A program made the position numbers and the translations under genes. From a virus (Duplodnaviria > Caudoviricetes), in IMG/VR virus record IMGVR_UViG_3300043773_000773, positions 1 to 61,604 of that record: a DNA stretch of 61,604 bases, one strand, 5' to 3'. Under the pieces are notes generated by a model. That model was not told the origin of the DNA, did not search any database, and worked only from the letters and a program-made list of their open reading frames with translations. Of the stretch, positions 17,501 through 26,361 are shown piece by piece. Position 1 is the first letter of the stretch. Each line of letters opens with the position of its first letter.

Positions 17501-18031
17501 TCGCCCGGTCTTCTCAAGGGCTTCCAGCGTGCGCTTTGCTACGCCAGGAAGCTCCTTCCTGGCGACGGCTCCAGTCGAGATAGCCTTGCGCGTCATGGCA
17601 GACGGAAGGGCGTCGGCAAGGCCAGCCTTTTGCAGCGCCTTGCCAGCAGCAGTCACCGACTTGGCGGGACCGGTGATCCAGCTAAGAGGATCGGTGGCAA
17701 CGTCCGCAACAAGGCCAGCCGTGAAGTTGCCCCAGTTGTCTTCTTCGCCGACAAGTCCGGCCTCTCGGAGAAGGTCGCGACCAGTGACGCGCTCGCCCGT
17801 CTTGCCGACTAGAAAGCCGCGAAGGTAATCGCCGGGAGCAGAAAGCGCATCGCCGACTCGAGACAGCGTGCCGCCCGCTACGGCGCCAAGCTCGCTCAGC
17901 ACGGAGTCGCGCATCTCGGGCGTGACGTTGATCTGCGCCGCAGGCTCGTCGGCGAGGGCAGCTTCGTCAAAGAGCGGTATGTAGCCAGCCGGTCGCCTGC
18001 GCCCCGACGGCGGCGGATCGAAGAGTTCCAT
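14573..18031 (-). CDS. Large putative internal virion (DNA ejection) protein
   Basis: 1152 aa, last gene of the virion block; helical with a PWYSF/PF-type C-terminal region. Confidence 0.6.
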   Translation of the reverse strand: MELFDPPPSGRRRPAGYIPLFDEAALADEPAAQINVTPEMRDSVLSELGAVAGGTLSRVGDALSAPGDYLRGFLVGKTGERVTGRDLLREAGLVGEEDNWGNFTAGLVADVATDPLSWITGPAKSVTAAGKALQKAGLADALPSAMTRKAISTGAVARKELPGVAKRTLEALEKTGRNISELDPAVVGRPLYGTRTSMRAGTLDDAIRYAGDEKAQAAAEKALLGVLGPDELARLRNQPLAKSFGLATPLGETFAAGDLLGKGFGDAYADILDTAGQAYRWSPVGRGMAAAFDQRVGGKLDPEVQLTNIANFEAKQKAGGIATAAHTYHIAKLQQEHPDVFTEQGNRHLGRYLEGPNVRKQEDIDFVESRPALKEYADWWVNNRQDYLAESRRMGLSSAELTDKYGIDYLPRRAEAILEMEARRNRKLGEVLNTFTGDMLRRTDAMQLPGGRDTIIDLSRDKMVSGPKRTLKTDEQATQYLLDKLTPMIPAGGPALARKDVEHLARVLNKLPDEVTQKSPLFGQHPTEMIGSYMRNRSESMATAGTLEDSLATFARDMPYNRVDTAASGGRHISMQEALNRLGLKSYDEDVVDAASDGGAGWQMRKRIAAMRGGVDPDSIKLSEISVPEAHVDRLLRARDAFETGEASQSLLNGLDHITQAWKGSILTWPARATRDLYSGAISNWLEGALDPDAVRAARALMQEGPQSPRFMQFLASITRYAGDDGVAQFYADVAGTGLIGNQTIFEHGGSVVGKGALGMLPGTTPVTMRSILSELAPQADRSWGQFARDFRTWRSSLKPLQETMNPIMRAGEQMNSLTDGINRFSGYLSLMKQGYDPSAATKAMQRAHVNYASLSDTERLVLKRLFPWYSFQSRIFREVLRQLSERPGGRYGQLIQATEAVQDESNDTYVPPGMRAQFSVPIPEEWGGVPAPGVQLSINDFDAPGFDQINMFETPGTPSGAIAGTARQFAMQLHPLLRTTVELGAGKDLFTDRPIGESTSTLDALARSITGNRDIDIPAIIEKPIEMAPFVGRPLYALRTLLDDAGGEPLSTRVPRTLLNATSGLKVRKTTAEDVRRAAARDAEASIDPYTREYKMEYIPEAMVPHVPQWALERQAVARALTRENREARKPAKKSRKKKRDTNTGALELFE

Positions 18032-18042
18032 GCACCGCTACC

Positions 18043-20103
18043 TCACTTCTTCGGAGGAGCGAGCGGCGGCGCGCCGCCCCACGCCTGCGGCGAACCGCCA
18101 CCGCCACCGCCACCGCCGCCAAAAAATCCTGCCACCCGGCCTGCCTCGTCTTCTGCCCACTGGCCCCACTCCTGAGCAGATCGCGCGCCTTGCTCGGCAG
18201 GAGTGCCGGCCTCTTCGTCGTACACGGCGCTTGCCTCGTCAACAGTGATCCCCATCGCGGAGGGCGCCCACTCCATAAATGCGGCCTTGCCCTTCTTGAG
18301 CATTCTCTTCATGGCGGATTGCGCAATCGGATGAGCAGGCCGGTTCCTAAGGAAGAAATCCTCCATCATTTGTGGAATGTCGCCTGCGTCAAATCCGGAC
18401 CGCATGTACACCCTGCGCAGCGACTGCGCGGCAGCAACGTCATCCGGCGTTGCTAACACCCCCTGCAACTGCTCGTTGAGCTGCCCCGCCACCGTGTTGT
18501 CTTCTGCGACCCCCTGCGCCCCAAGCTGGGCCTGGATGCCAGCCAGACCAGCAGCAGCATTGCGGTCGTTCATGGCGGCGTCCATCGCGCGGATGGCGAG
18601 CATGGGCTGGCCCATCATGCTGTAGGCCGCAGCCTGCGCCATCGGGTCGCCGTTTTTGACGGCCGCTGCGAGCGTCTGGATCATGAATCCACGAGCGCGC
18701 TCCGGATTCGCCATGTCACGGCTAAGAGCCTGCCCGGCTACGCGGTCGAGGTGGTTGGCCCATGACCTCTCCCCCTGCCGCCGCTGCAAGTCCATCCGCA
18801 GGGCTTCAAGCTCAGGCCCGCCGTTCGGAGACTGCACCGCCGCAGCAAGCCGCTCCCTGTCTTCGTCAGTCATCACGCGCGTGTAGGCGCGAGCCATGCG
18901 GATCGCAACATTGTTCCGCTGGCGTGCCGTCATGTTCGACTGGAACTGCCTGCGGCCCTCCTCCTGCTTGCGCGGGTCCGACACGTACATGTCCTGGCCG
19001 GGCGACATCGGGTTCGGCACGACGGAAAGATACTGGCCGAGCTTGTCGTGCTTCGCCTTTTCGCGCATTACGTCGGCCCGCAGCAAGTCCATGTCGTCGC
19101 CGTACTGGATGGCGTCGATGTGGTACGCCTGCGCGAGCGCCGAGAGGTAGGAGTCGGACTCCGGCCCCTGCTCTGGATCGGCGGCGATCTGCTCGGCGGT
19201 CGCGAGCATCTGCTGGTTCGGGGCGCGACGGTTCCGGGTGCCGTCTACATTCGTGGTGTAGCTGCCGCCATCGGCAGTCATGGGGACTTCTGGGCTTTCG
19301 ACGTTTTCGGACATCGCAGCCCGCTGCTCGGGCGTGTACTGTCGAGCGGCGCGCCCCTCTGGCAGAGGCTTGCCTGCGGCCCGCCTGGAGTCTGCCAGAG
19401 CGGTGTTCGTCTCGGGCGGCAGGTTCGGGTCGCGGCCGAGCGACATGCGTGGCGTAGCCGTCGCGAACCGTCGCATGGCTACCTCGCGATCGGTCGGCTT
19501 TAGCTCGCCGAAGTTGTCGGTCAGGTAGTCCTCGAACGACATCGTGCCGGTATGGCCGCTGCCGTCATACCGCTTTCTGATGGCGGCTTGCTCTTCGGGA
19601 GTCATGCTGCGCAGCGTGGCCTGCGTCGAGACTTGCTCCTCGCCGGGCAGGATGCCGGATGGCGAATCTGCACTCGCCATTGCATCGTCCCATTCTTGCT
19701 GGGACAGGCCGGTGTCATGGCGAAACAAAGTCTCTTCGCGTGGCGGCCGATCCGCGCTCTTCTCTCCGGAGCGGCGAGGCCGCGCCTCCATCGTGATCGG
19801 AAGCCCTATGTCCCCAGCGTTGGCGTACCCCGTGACGTACTTGTACGCCTGCGCAGTAGAGCCAGCGCCTATTTCATTCTCTTGGCTGGCAGTGGCGTTG
19901 TCGACAACTGGCTGGCCGATGGTGGCCCAGTACGTCTTCCAGGAGTCGCCATCGCCCACGCGATCGCCGCCGTCTGGCTTGACGGCAGAGTCTGGGACTG
20001 GTCCGTTGCGAGTCAGGCGAGGCTCGGCCGCATACTGGTTTGGGTTTACGTCGATCCCGGCCTCCTTGAGGCGACGAATCCTGTCTGCTCTCGACTCTTC
20101 CAT
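18043..20103 (-). CDS. Putative internal virion protein
   Basis: 686 aa, Ala/Gln/Arg/Met rich, position in ejection block. Confidence 0.55.
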   Translation of the reverse strand: MEESRADRIRRLKEAGIDVNPNQYAAEPRLTRNGPVPDSAVKPDGGDRVGDGDSWKTYWATIGQPVVDNATASQENEIGAGSTAQAYKYVTGYANAGDIGLPITMEARPRRSGEKSADRPPREETLFRHDTGLSQQEWDDAMASADSPSGILPGEEQVSTQATLRSMTPEEQAAIRKRYDGSGHTGTMSFEDYLTDNFGELKPTDREVAMRRFATATPRMSLGRDPNLPPETNTALADSRRAAGKPLPEGRAARQYTPEQRAAMSENVESPEVPMTADGGSYTTNVDGTRNRRAPNQQMLATAEQIAADPEQGPESDSYLSALAQAYHIDAIQYGDDMDLLRADVMREKAKHDKLGQYLSVVPNPMSPGQDMYVSDPRKQEEGRRQFQSNMTARQRNNVAIRMARAYTRVMTDEDRERLAAAVQSPNGGPELEALRMDLQRRQGERSWANHLDRVAGQALSRDMANPERARGFMIQTLAAAVKNGDPMAQAAAYSMMGQPMLAIRAMDAAMNDRNAAAGLAGIQAQLGAQGVAEDNTVAGQLNEQLQGVLATPDDVAAAQSLRRVYMRSGFDAGDIPQMMEDFFLRNRPAHPIAQSAMKRMLKKGKAAFMEWAPSAMGITVDEASAVYDEEAGTPAEQGARSAQEWGQWAEDEAGRVAGFFGGGGGGGGGSPQAWGGAPPLAPPKK

Positions 20104-20106
20104 CGC

Positions 20107-23100
20107 CTAGCTCCGGTACGTGTAATTGAACATGGTGTTGTAGGCAGGCATGCCGCTCGGCTTCCGCGAGCCACGCAGCCGCTCAAGCGCACGCTCAATG
20201 GCGTCCTCAGGCGAGGACGGGCCTGCGCCCACGCCAGAGGCGCCGCCAGCGCCCACAGGGATATATGGCGTCCCGCCGCCGCCACCAGAGCCACCGCCTC
20301 CAGGGCCACCTTCGCCAGGGACGTTGATTTGCCCGTCCAGCACCGGCTGGCCCGCGTTGCGGTAGAGGTACGCAAGGGTGCCAGCCCCAACGAGCGCAGC
20401 GCGCTTCCAGGGGAGCCGCCGCTTCTTTGGGGTGGGGGCAGGCCCGTCGCTGCCCTCGCCCCTTGGCTTCGGCCCATCCGGCGGCTCCGAACCGCTGCCG
20501 TCGCCCTTTGGCTTGGCGGGCGTATCGCTGGGCATGTCAACGATGTCTTCGCCGTCCGCGCCAGTCGGGCGGCTAGGCTCCGGGCTCGCGGGCTTTGAGG
20601 GCGCATCGTCTGGGGCGTCGACCACATCGGCATCGTCAGCGGCGTCAACCGCAGCCGAAGTCTCTGCCTCAAGTTCGGCTCGTCGCCTGTTGACTCGCTG
20701 CCTGACTTCCTGCTCGATCTCGTCGTCGCTCAGGCCGGAGTCGCGGTACTCATCACGTACGTCCTGCTCGAACTGCACCAGTTCGTCGTTCTCTTCCTTG
20801 CTCGTCCGGCGCCGACCGCGAGAGCGCGGCTTATCGTCTGGGGCGTCTGCCACTTCGGCCGTGTCGCCAGCAGCCGCTGGCTTAGCAGTCGGATCGTCAG
20901 GGGCGTCGATCACCTCCGGGTCATCAAGCGGGATGTTGGAATTGAGCAGCGCCTGCTCCTCAGGCGACCGGACAGTCTCAGGTGCGGAGAAGTCTCTAGC
21001 ACCGCTCGGCATGGCGGGCTTGACCGCCACCGGAACGCCAGACGAGTCAATCGGCACCGGGAAGCCTTGCTCTTCTGGCGAAGAGATTGGCGAACCAGCG
21101 CCTTCTGGGCGCGTGCGTGGCGTCAGAACGTCGGAGTTGGCCGTCGCCGCGTACCCCCTCCTGCCAACCATCCTCTGGAACGCCTCCAGCTTTTGCTCGT
21201 ACTCTGCAAGCCGCTGCTCGGGCGCAAGCTGCTGAACGGAGCCGCGCTGATTGGGCACGCCGCGACCAAGTCCGCGCATGTCCCGCGCTCCCTCGCGCGG
21301 AATGCTGGCCGGGTCTTGCGCCGTGCCGATGCCACCAGCGGGAGAGGACGCAGGGGCTGGCGTAGCGTTCGTAAAAGGCACCTCTTCGGTCACGACGCGG
21401 CCGTCTTCCTCGATGCGCGTGACAACAGGCTTGCCAGAAGTTCCGAACTCACGCTCCACGAGCGCCTTCCAGCGCTCCTTAGCCATCTGCGTGTTAGCGC
21501 TGTCGGGGTTGTTGAAGTCCGTGCTTTTCGTGAACAGGTCGTCAACAACATCTTCCACCGTGAACCGCTTTTTTGTGCGCGGGTTTGTAAGACTAAGCGG
21601 GTTGCGACCCTTGTACATCGACAGCACGGCGGCTCGCGCGAGGCTCTGCTGCTGCGCCCCGCCGAGTCGGCCCGGCTTGATGGGGGCAGAGGGGTCGCTC
21701 AGGTCGCTGGTGTCGACGGCCCAGTCGGGGTCGATGTCCTCCATCAGGGCGGCGGCCTCTTCGCCGAACATCTCGATGGCTTCTTCCCGCATCATCGCCC
21801 GATCGAACTTAGACATGTCGTCGCTGGCGCGCGAGATGTTATCGGCACCGCGCGGCTGCATGCCTGCGCCAGTCCTGATGATCCTGTCGAATGTCTCTTG
21901 CTGGCCGGGACGATTCAGCCACGAGTCGGTGTTTGCTCGGCGGCCCCGCTCGATGACGAATCCAGGCGGAACCTTGCGCGGGTTTGCCAGCATGGAGGCG
22001 GGAGCGAGCCGCACCTCGCCGGTGCGCTCGTTGATGAGGCGAGGCGGAAATAGCTTGTCCTCGCGGGCGTAGAGGTTGCGCAGCGTCTGCTGTGCGGCAG
22101 CGACATCCGCCTCAGGGTTGGGCGTGCGCCCCATCTGGGCGAGCCGAAGCTCGGCCTGCGCCATATCTATTGCGGCCTTAAGCTCTTCGGCCTGTTCGAT
22201 CGCCTGCTCGTCAAGCGTGCCGAGTTCTCCGGCGCGGTCGCCAGCAGAACGCGACTCGAATGGCGTCCCTCTCCCGTCCCGACCCTTGAACGCAAGGTCG
22301 GCCTTTCGCATCGCCTGCGGGTTATTCGGGTCGAGGCCGAGCATTTCGATGCGCTGGGCGCGAGTCAGCCCGCCTCCGGTCGCATTGGCCGCGACCTGCG
22401 CTGCACGCTCATCAAGAGCCGCCTGCGCATCCGCCCCCTGCGGGGCCGGAACTTCATCGACCGGAGAAATCTCCGGAGAGCGGGCTCCAGGCGGAATGGC
22501 GGTCGGCTGCGCCGGTGGCATGCTGGCCCTAAGCATGCGGACCTGAGCGCCGTCGTAGTCCGGGTTCACGCCGATGATCTGGTTGCGGAACTCTTGCTCT
22601 ACCTGACGCCGGAGCGTAAATCGCTTCACGGCCTCGTCCATCTGCTCACGGGTAAACGCACCGCTCTGCATGGACTCGCGCAGTTGCGCGCTAAGCTGGC
22701 CCTGAAGCTCCGCATTGCCAGTGCGCTTGGCGTTGTCGATCTGCATGAGCAAATCGTCTGCGTCGTTCACTGGGCTGAGCATCAGCGCCATCTGATTCGG
22801 GCTTATGGTCGGCTCCGGCGAGCTGCCATCCAGCATTCGCGAGACAAAGCCACGAGTGGTGGAGGCGTCGGCCGTCGATGGGTTGTCTGCTCCGGCAGGG
22901 TAGAAGCGATGCGTTGGCGTGGTGGCGCCAGAGGCAGACAGACGGCTCAGTACCACCGCACGCTGCTCGGGGTCGAGACTGCCGAATGCCTTTGCGAGCG
23001 CACCCCAGTCGCCATCCGGCATCGACTCTATAAGCAGGCTGCGCGTGATGGCAGCATCCTCGATGGACGGCTGGGCGTCTGCCGAGCGCGGGCGCGGCAC

Positions 23101-23880
23101 GCCAGCGGCCTCGACCGCCTGCGCGGCCGTGTCGATCGCGGCGGCGGAACGCCCCTCCGGGTCGGCGCCAGCCATTGCGGCAAGTCGACTGAGCCTCTCT
23201 TGGGCCTCAGCGGGGTCGCGAGAGATACGCTTTGCCAGTTCCGCCAACTCGTCTCCAGAGAGGGCCGACACCTTCCTGGCGATCCTGAGCACGGAACCAT
23301 GACGCAGCGATTCCTCAGGGGCTTCTGGCGTGACTCCCCAAACTTCCCCAGCGAGCTTGTCTAGCTGGTCGACCTTCTTTTGGTTTGGCCTGAGGTTCTT
23401 CGCGCCGCCCTTTGGAGCCTCGTCCATCTCGACCGCAGAGGCATCAAGGTTGTCGGCAGGCGTGGCTGACGTAGTGGTCAGGTCGCCCTGCGCCGTCATT
23501 CCAAGCACGTTGCCTTCAACGTCAACAACGGTGCCGTCGGCAAATTGGAATCGCGAGCCATCGAGGCGGATTGCCGGAACGCCGTCCGCGTCCTGAAGCC
23601 TTCCGTTTCCAAGATCGTAAGGAATCCGCTGCGGAGTGCCTTCTGGCGCCGGAACCAGAACGGGCGCAGGGGCGGCTACCGGTGGCTCGACTACGGCGGC
23701 GGGCGGAAGAGGGCTGGACTGGCCCCACTGCGTCGGTGCGGCAACGCCGCTCGGGCGAGGGCTGGCCGACTCGGCGGCAAGACGGCTGGCTTCACGCTGC
23801 ATCTGCTTGATGCGGGCAAGCCGGGCGCCGGGAGCCAAGCTGGACGGATTCGGGCTGTACCCCTTGCCGGGAACGCTCAT
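20107..23880 (-). CDS. Large low-complexity putative internal virion protein
   Basis: 1257 aa, Pro/Ala/Asp rich, DAPDD repeats, short hydrophobic C-terminal segment. Confidence 0.55.
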   Translation of the reverse strand: MSVPGKGYSPNPSSLAPGARLARIKQMQREASRLAAESASPRPSGVAAPTQWGQSSPLPPAAVVEPPVAAPAPVLVPAPEGTPQRIPYDLGNGRLQDADGVPAIRLDGSRFQFADGTVVDVEGNVLGMTAQGDLTTTSATPADNLDASAVEMDEAPKGGAKNLRPNQKKVDQLDKLAGEVWGVTPEAPEESLRHGSVLRIARKVSALSGDELAELAKRISRDPAEAQERLSRLAAMAGADPEGRSAAAIDTAAQAVEAAGVPRPRSADAQPSIEDAAITRSLLIESMPDGDWGALAKAFGSLDPEQRAVVLSRLSASGATTPTHRFYPAGADNPSTADASTTRGFVSRMLDGSSPEPTISPNQMALMLSPVNDADDLLMQIDNAKRTGNAELQGQLSAQLRESMQSGAFTREQMDEAVKRFTLRRQVEQEFRNQIIGVNPDYDGAQVRMLRASMPPAQPTAIPPGARSPEISPVDEVPAPQGADAQAALDERAAQVAANATGGGLTRAQRIEMLGLDPNNPQAMRKADLAFKGRDGRGTPFESRSAGDRAGELGTLDEQAIEQAEELKAAIDMAQAELRLAQMGRTPNPEADVAAAQQTLRNLYAREDKLFPPRLINERTGEVRLAPASMLANPRKVPPGFVIERGRRANTDSWLNRPGQQETFDRIIRTGAGMQPRGADNISRASDDMSKFDRAMMREEAIEMFGEEAAALMEDIDPDWAVDTSDLSDPSAPIKPGRLGGAQQQSLARAAVLSMYKGRNPLSLTNPRTKKRFTVEDVVDDLFTKSTDFNNPDSANTQMAKERWKALVEREFGTSGKPVVTRIEEDGRVVTEEVPFTNATPAPASSPAGGIGTAQDPASIPREGARDMRGLGRGVPNQRGSVQQLAPEQRLAEYEQKLEAFQRMVGRRGYAATANSDVLTPRTRPEGAGSPISSPEEQGFPVPIDSSGVPVAVKPAMPSGARDFSAPETVRSPEEQALLNSNIPLDDPEVIDAPDDPTAKPAAAGDTAEVADAPDDKPRSRGRRRTSKEENDELVQFEQDVRDEYRDSGLSDDEIEQEVRQRVNRRRAELEAETSAAVDAADDADVVDAPDDAPSKPASPEPSRPTGADGEDIVDMPSDTPAKPKGDGSGSEPPDGPKPRGEGSDGPAPTPKKRRLPWKRAALVGAGTLAYLYRNAGQPVLDGQINVPGEGGPGGGGSGGGGGTPYIPVGAGGASGVGAGPSSPEDAIERALERLRGSRKPSGMPAYNTMFNYTYRS

Positions 23881-24185
23881 TCCTTGCTCCGCTTCTTAGT
23901 CTTGGCTGGCTTCTCGTCATCGGCATCTGCCTCAGCAGAGGCTTCGGACGCTTCGTCGCCGCTCTCGTCGTCCTCGCCGATGTCGAACGGCATGTCTTCC
24001 TTCGTGACAGGAACCTTCGGGGCCGTGCCGTTCGTCTCTTCGTGCAGGTCGGCCAGCGCCTCACGCTCCTTGTCGGACTCGTCAGACTGCTTGTCGTCGG
24101 CGGGCTTGTTCTTTTTTGAAAGCTGACTGCGGATGTACTCCCGCAGCGCAGGGGCAGACATCGCAAGCAGAACGCGCTCATCCAT
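23877..24185 (-). CDS. Highly charged hypothetical protein
   Basis: Start MDERVLL with AGGAG upstream; acidic and basic blocks. Confidence 0.6.
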   Translation of the reverse strand: MDERVLLAMSAPALREYIRSQLSKKNKPADDKQSDESDKEREALADLHEETNGTAPKVPVTKEDMPFDIGEDDESGDEASEASAEADADDEKPAKTKKRSKE

Positions 24186-24195
24186 GACGAATCTC

Positions 24196-24732
24196 CTACT
24201 GAAACAGGCCGCCAAGTAGCGGGGTGTAATCCAACTGAATCTGGTCGAGTCCGAACTGGCCGCGACGGCGAGCCTCGCTCTGGTCTTGCAGCCATCCCTG
24301 CCTAGCAAGCCGCTCCATCGCCGACATGTTGCGCAGGCTTTCGAGCATCCCGGCGTTGCTAAGCTGCTCGTTGCGCATGGCGTTGTCGTAGGCAGCTTGG
24401 GTGTTGGCGTTGGCGGCAGCGGCGCCCATTTCCGTCTTGGCGGCGGCGGTGCGGGCGCTTACGTCAGCACCGGCCTGCGCCATGTCTGCACGGTATTGCT
24501 GGCCGCGACCTCTAGATACGCCCGCTCGGTCCATGCCCTGCATCGCCATCTGCCCGGCGCCAGCCGACGAGGCAAGCTGGTTGCTCACAACGTCTTGCAC
24601 CTTGCCGTCGTTGATCATCGGCGGGCGGTAGCCGTACGAGGGCGGCGACTGCTGGCGCGAGGCCGGTGCAGTCAGTCCGCGCAACGGCGACCGCTGCGTC
24701 TTAGGGAGCATCAAGTCGTCGCCAACGGCCAC
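24196..24732 (-). CDS. Putative pilot/ejection protein
   Basis: Ala/Gln/Met rich, ends LLGGLFQ. Confidence 0.55.
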   Translation of the reverse strand: MAVGDDLMLPKTQRSPLRGLTAPASRQQSPPSYGYRPPMINDGKVQDVVSNQLASSAGAGQMAMQGMDRAGVSRGRGQQYRADMAQAGADVSARTAAAKTEMGAAAANANTQAAYDNAMRNEQLSNAGMLESLRNMSAMERLARQGWLQDQSEARRRGQFGLDQIQLDYTPLLGGLFQ

Positions 24733-25109
24733 TAGAAGTCCCTCGCCAGTCCGTTGAGTAGCGCCTGCTGGAGCGCCGTCTGCCGCCGCTTGTTCAGCGA
24801 GGCATAGTCAAAGGCCATCCCGGTGTTGAACACGTTCTTCCGCGACTGCAAGTCGCCCTTCCGGGTGCGGATTTGGGCGTCGTTCTGGAGCCGGGTCGTC
24901 TTGTTCTGGGCCTCGCGCTGGCGCTGCTGGCTGTCCTCTTGCATCTGCCGCACGCCAGCCTCTTGGTTCTGCTGCTCACGCTCTAGGTTTAGGTCCGCAG
25001 ATGCCGACATGGCCTGACCGTGAGCGAACGCCCCAGCGTCACCCTTCTTGCTCAGGCCAGAAAGGAGGCGACCGCCCGGATTGAAGCCGACCGACTGCTG
25101 GTACATCAC
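24732..25109 (-). CDS. Putative pilot/ejection protein
   Basis: Gln-rich coiled coil, ends LLNGL. Confidence 0.55.
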   Translation of the reverse strand: MMYQQSVGFNPGGRLLSGLSKKGDAGAFAHGQAMSASADLNLEREQQNQEAGVRQMQEDSQQRQREAQNKTTRLQNDAQIRTRKGDLQSRKNVFNTGMAFDYASLNKRRQTALQQALLNGLARDF

Positions 25110-25372
25110 CCGATCCTTCGAGGTGCGCCGAGCAGGCCGCCGAGCAGGCCCATCTTCTGCCGCTGCGTCTCGGAGTCGTATTGCCGACGAGCCTGCTCCT
25201 GCCGTTGCAAGCCCATCTCGTGCTGCTCCTTGCGGAGGTCGCGACCGTATTCACCGGCCATGTTCTCGGCCTGTGCGATCAGGTCCGGATTGTTCGACTG
25301 GAACATCCGGGCAGTCGTGCCGAACGGCGTGTATCCAAACTGCTTCACGGCATCTCTCCTAAGCTCTGTCAA
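25106..25372 (-). CDS. Putative pilot/ejection protein
   Basis: Gln-rich, ends LLGGLLG. Confidence 0.55.
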   Translation of the reverse strand: MTELRRDAVKQFGYTPFGTTARMFQSNNPDLIAQAENMAGEYGRDLRKEQHEMGLQRQEQARRQYDSETQRQKMGLLGGLLGAPRRIG

Positions 25373-25895
25373 GGAACGACGGCGGGTCGCCAGTCATCAT
25401 GTGGAGTCCGGGCGTCTTGGGGTCTTTGCGGTCGCCACGCTTCACATCTGCGGCAGTCGGCGGCTTGAATCGTGGCGGCGCGGGCGGGGCGGCAATTCTT
25501 TGTGCGGGAGGAGCGCCGCCACCTGCGCCGCCACCTGCGCCGCCACGATTGCCAGCCATCTGCGCCATCGCCTTGAGGTACTCGAGGTCGGCGTGCTCGC
25601 CGCCAAAGACTTCGCCGTCGGCGTCAGAAGACCCGCTGGAGCGGTAGCTCGACAGGCGAACCGGCTCGATGTTGCCGATCTCGGACAGCAGGCTCTTGAT
25701 GCGCCTGCCAGCCTTCATCGACCCTTCGAGGTCGCCCCTATACAGGGCGCCCTGCTTCTCACCCTCAAGCTCCGACGCGGCGTCCCGGCGCTTGCGGATT
25801 TCATCCAGCCCGCTGTAGTCAAGGCTGTAGTCCTCGCTGCTGCTGGACTGCGATCCGGGAGCCTTGTAGCTGGTGATGTGCGACGGAAAGATCAT
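25359..25895 (-). CDS. Hypothetical virion-block protein
   Basis: 178 aa, first gene after a candidate late promoter. Confidence 0.6.
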   Translation of the reverse strand: MIFPSHITSYKAPGSQSSSSEDYSLDYSGLDEIRKRRDAASELEGEKQGALYRGDLEGSMKAGRRIKSLLSEIGNIEPVRLSSYRSSGSSDADGEVFGGEHADLEYLKAMAQMAGNRGGAGGGAGGGAPPAQRIAAPPAPPRFKPPTAADVKRGDRKDPKTPGLHMMTGDPPSFLDRA

Positions 25896-25932
25896 CGGTA
25901 GCCCTCTCGCAGGATTTATGTCCGCGAAACAG

Positions 25933-26361
25933 CTACCGAGCGGCGGCTTTGCGCGCCCTCCGAATGGCGAGCTTTATGGCCTGTTCGGCGGCAAACCGCA
26001 CAAAAGGCAGCTTTCTGGCCCGTGCCTGCTCCTCCAGCCAGCCCACAATCTCCGGCAGGCGGCGTTCGCACTCATCCGGCCCCCAGTCGTCCATCTGCTG
26101 GGCGCGGGCGTTGCAGGAGCAGTCCGGCGAGGCGCTGACGCCTGCTATAGCGCGCAGCAGTGCCTTTAGCTCAGACCCGGCGCCTCCAGCCATTGGCCGC
26201 GCCGCCGCCGGGTAGGACGGATGAGATTCGTCTACCGTGATCTGGTCGGCATCTACAGACACTATGCACCCGCGAACCTCGTCTAGCGTGTATCCACGCT
26301 GGCGGCATCGAGCCTCGAACTGCTTTCTCGGGCCAGTGATCATGGGAACTGATTTGGGCAC
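25933..26361 (-). CDS. Hypothetical protein downstream of tail fibre
   Basis: CSCNARAQQMDDWGPDEC motif. Confidence 0.65.
   Translation of the reverse strand: MPKSVPMITGPRKQFEARCRQRGYTLDEVRGCIVSVDADQITVDESHPSYPAAARPMAGGAGSELKALLRAIAGVSASPDCSCNARAQQMDDWGPDECERRLPEIVGWLEEQARARKLPFVRFAAEQAIKLAIRRARKAAAR

Noticed and set aside
23626-23637. Partial copy CCGCTGCGGAGT of the early motif
   Set aside because: Lacks the CTG end, lies inside a minus-strand gene and has no following RBS or gene; likely chance
14573-23880. Tape-measure protein or virion RNA polymerase
   Set aside because: No tape-measure repeats or tail-tube genes, and no polymerase catalytic motifs seen
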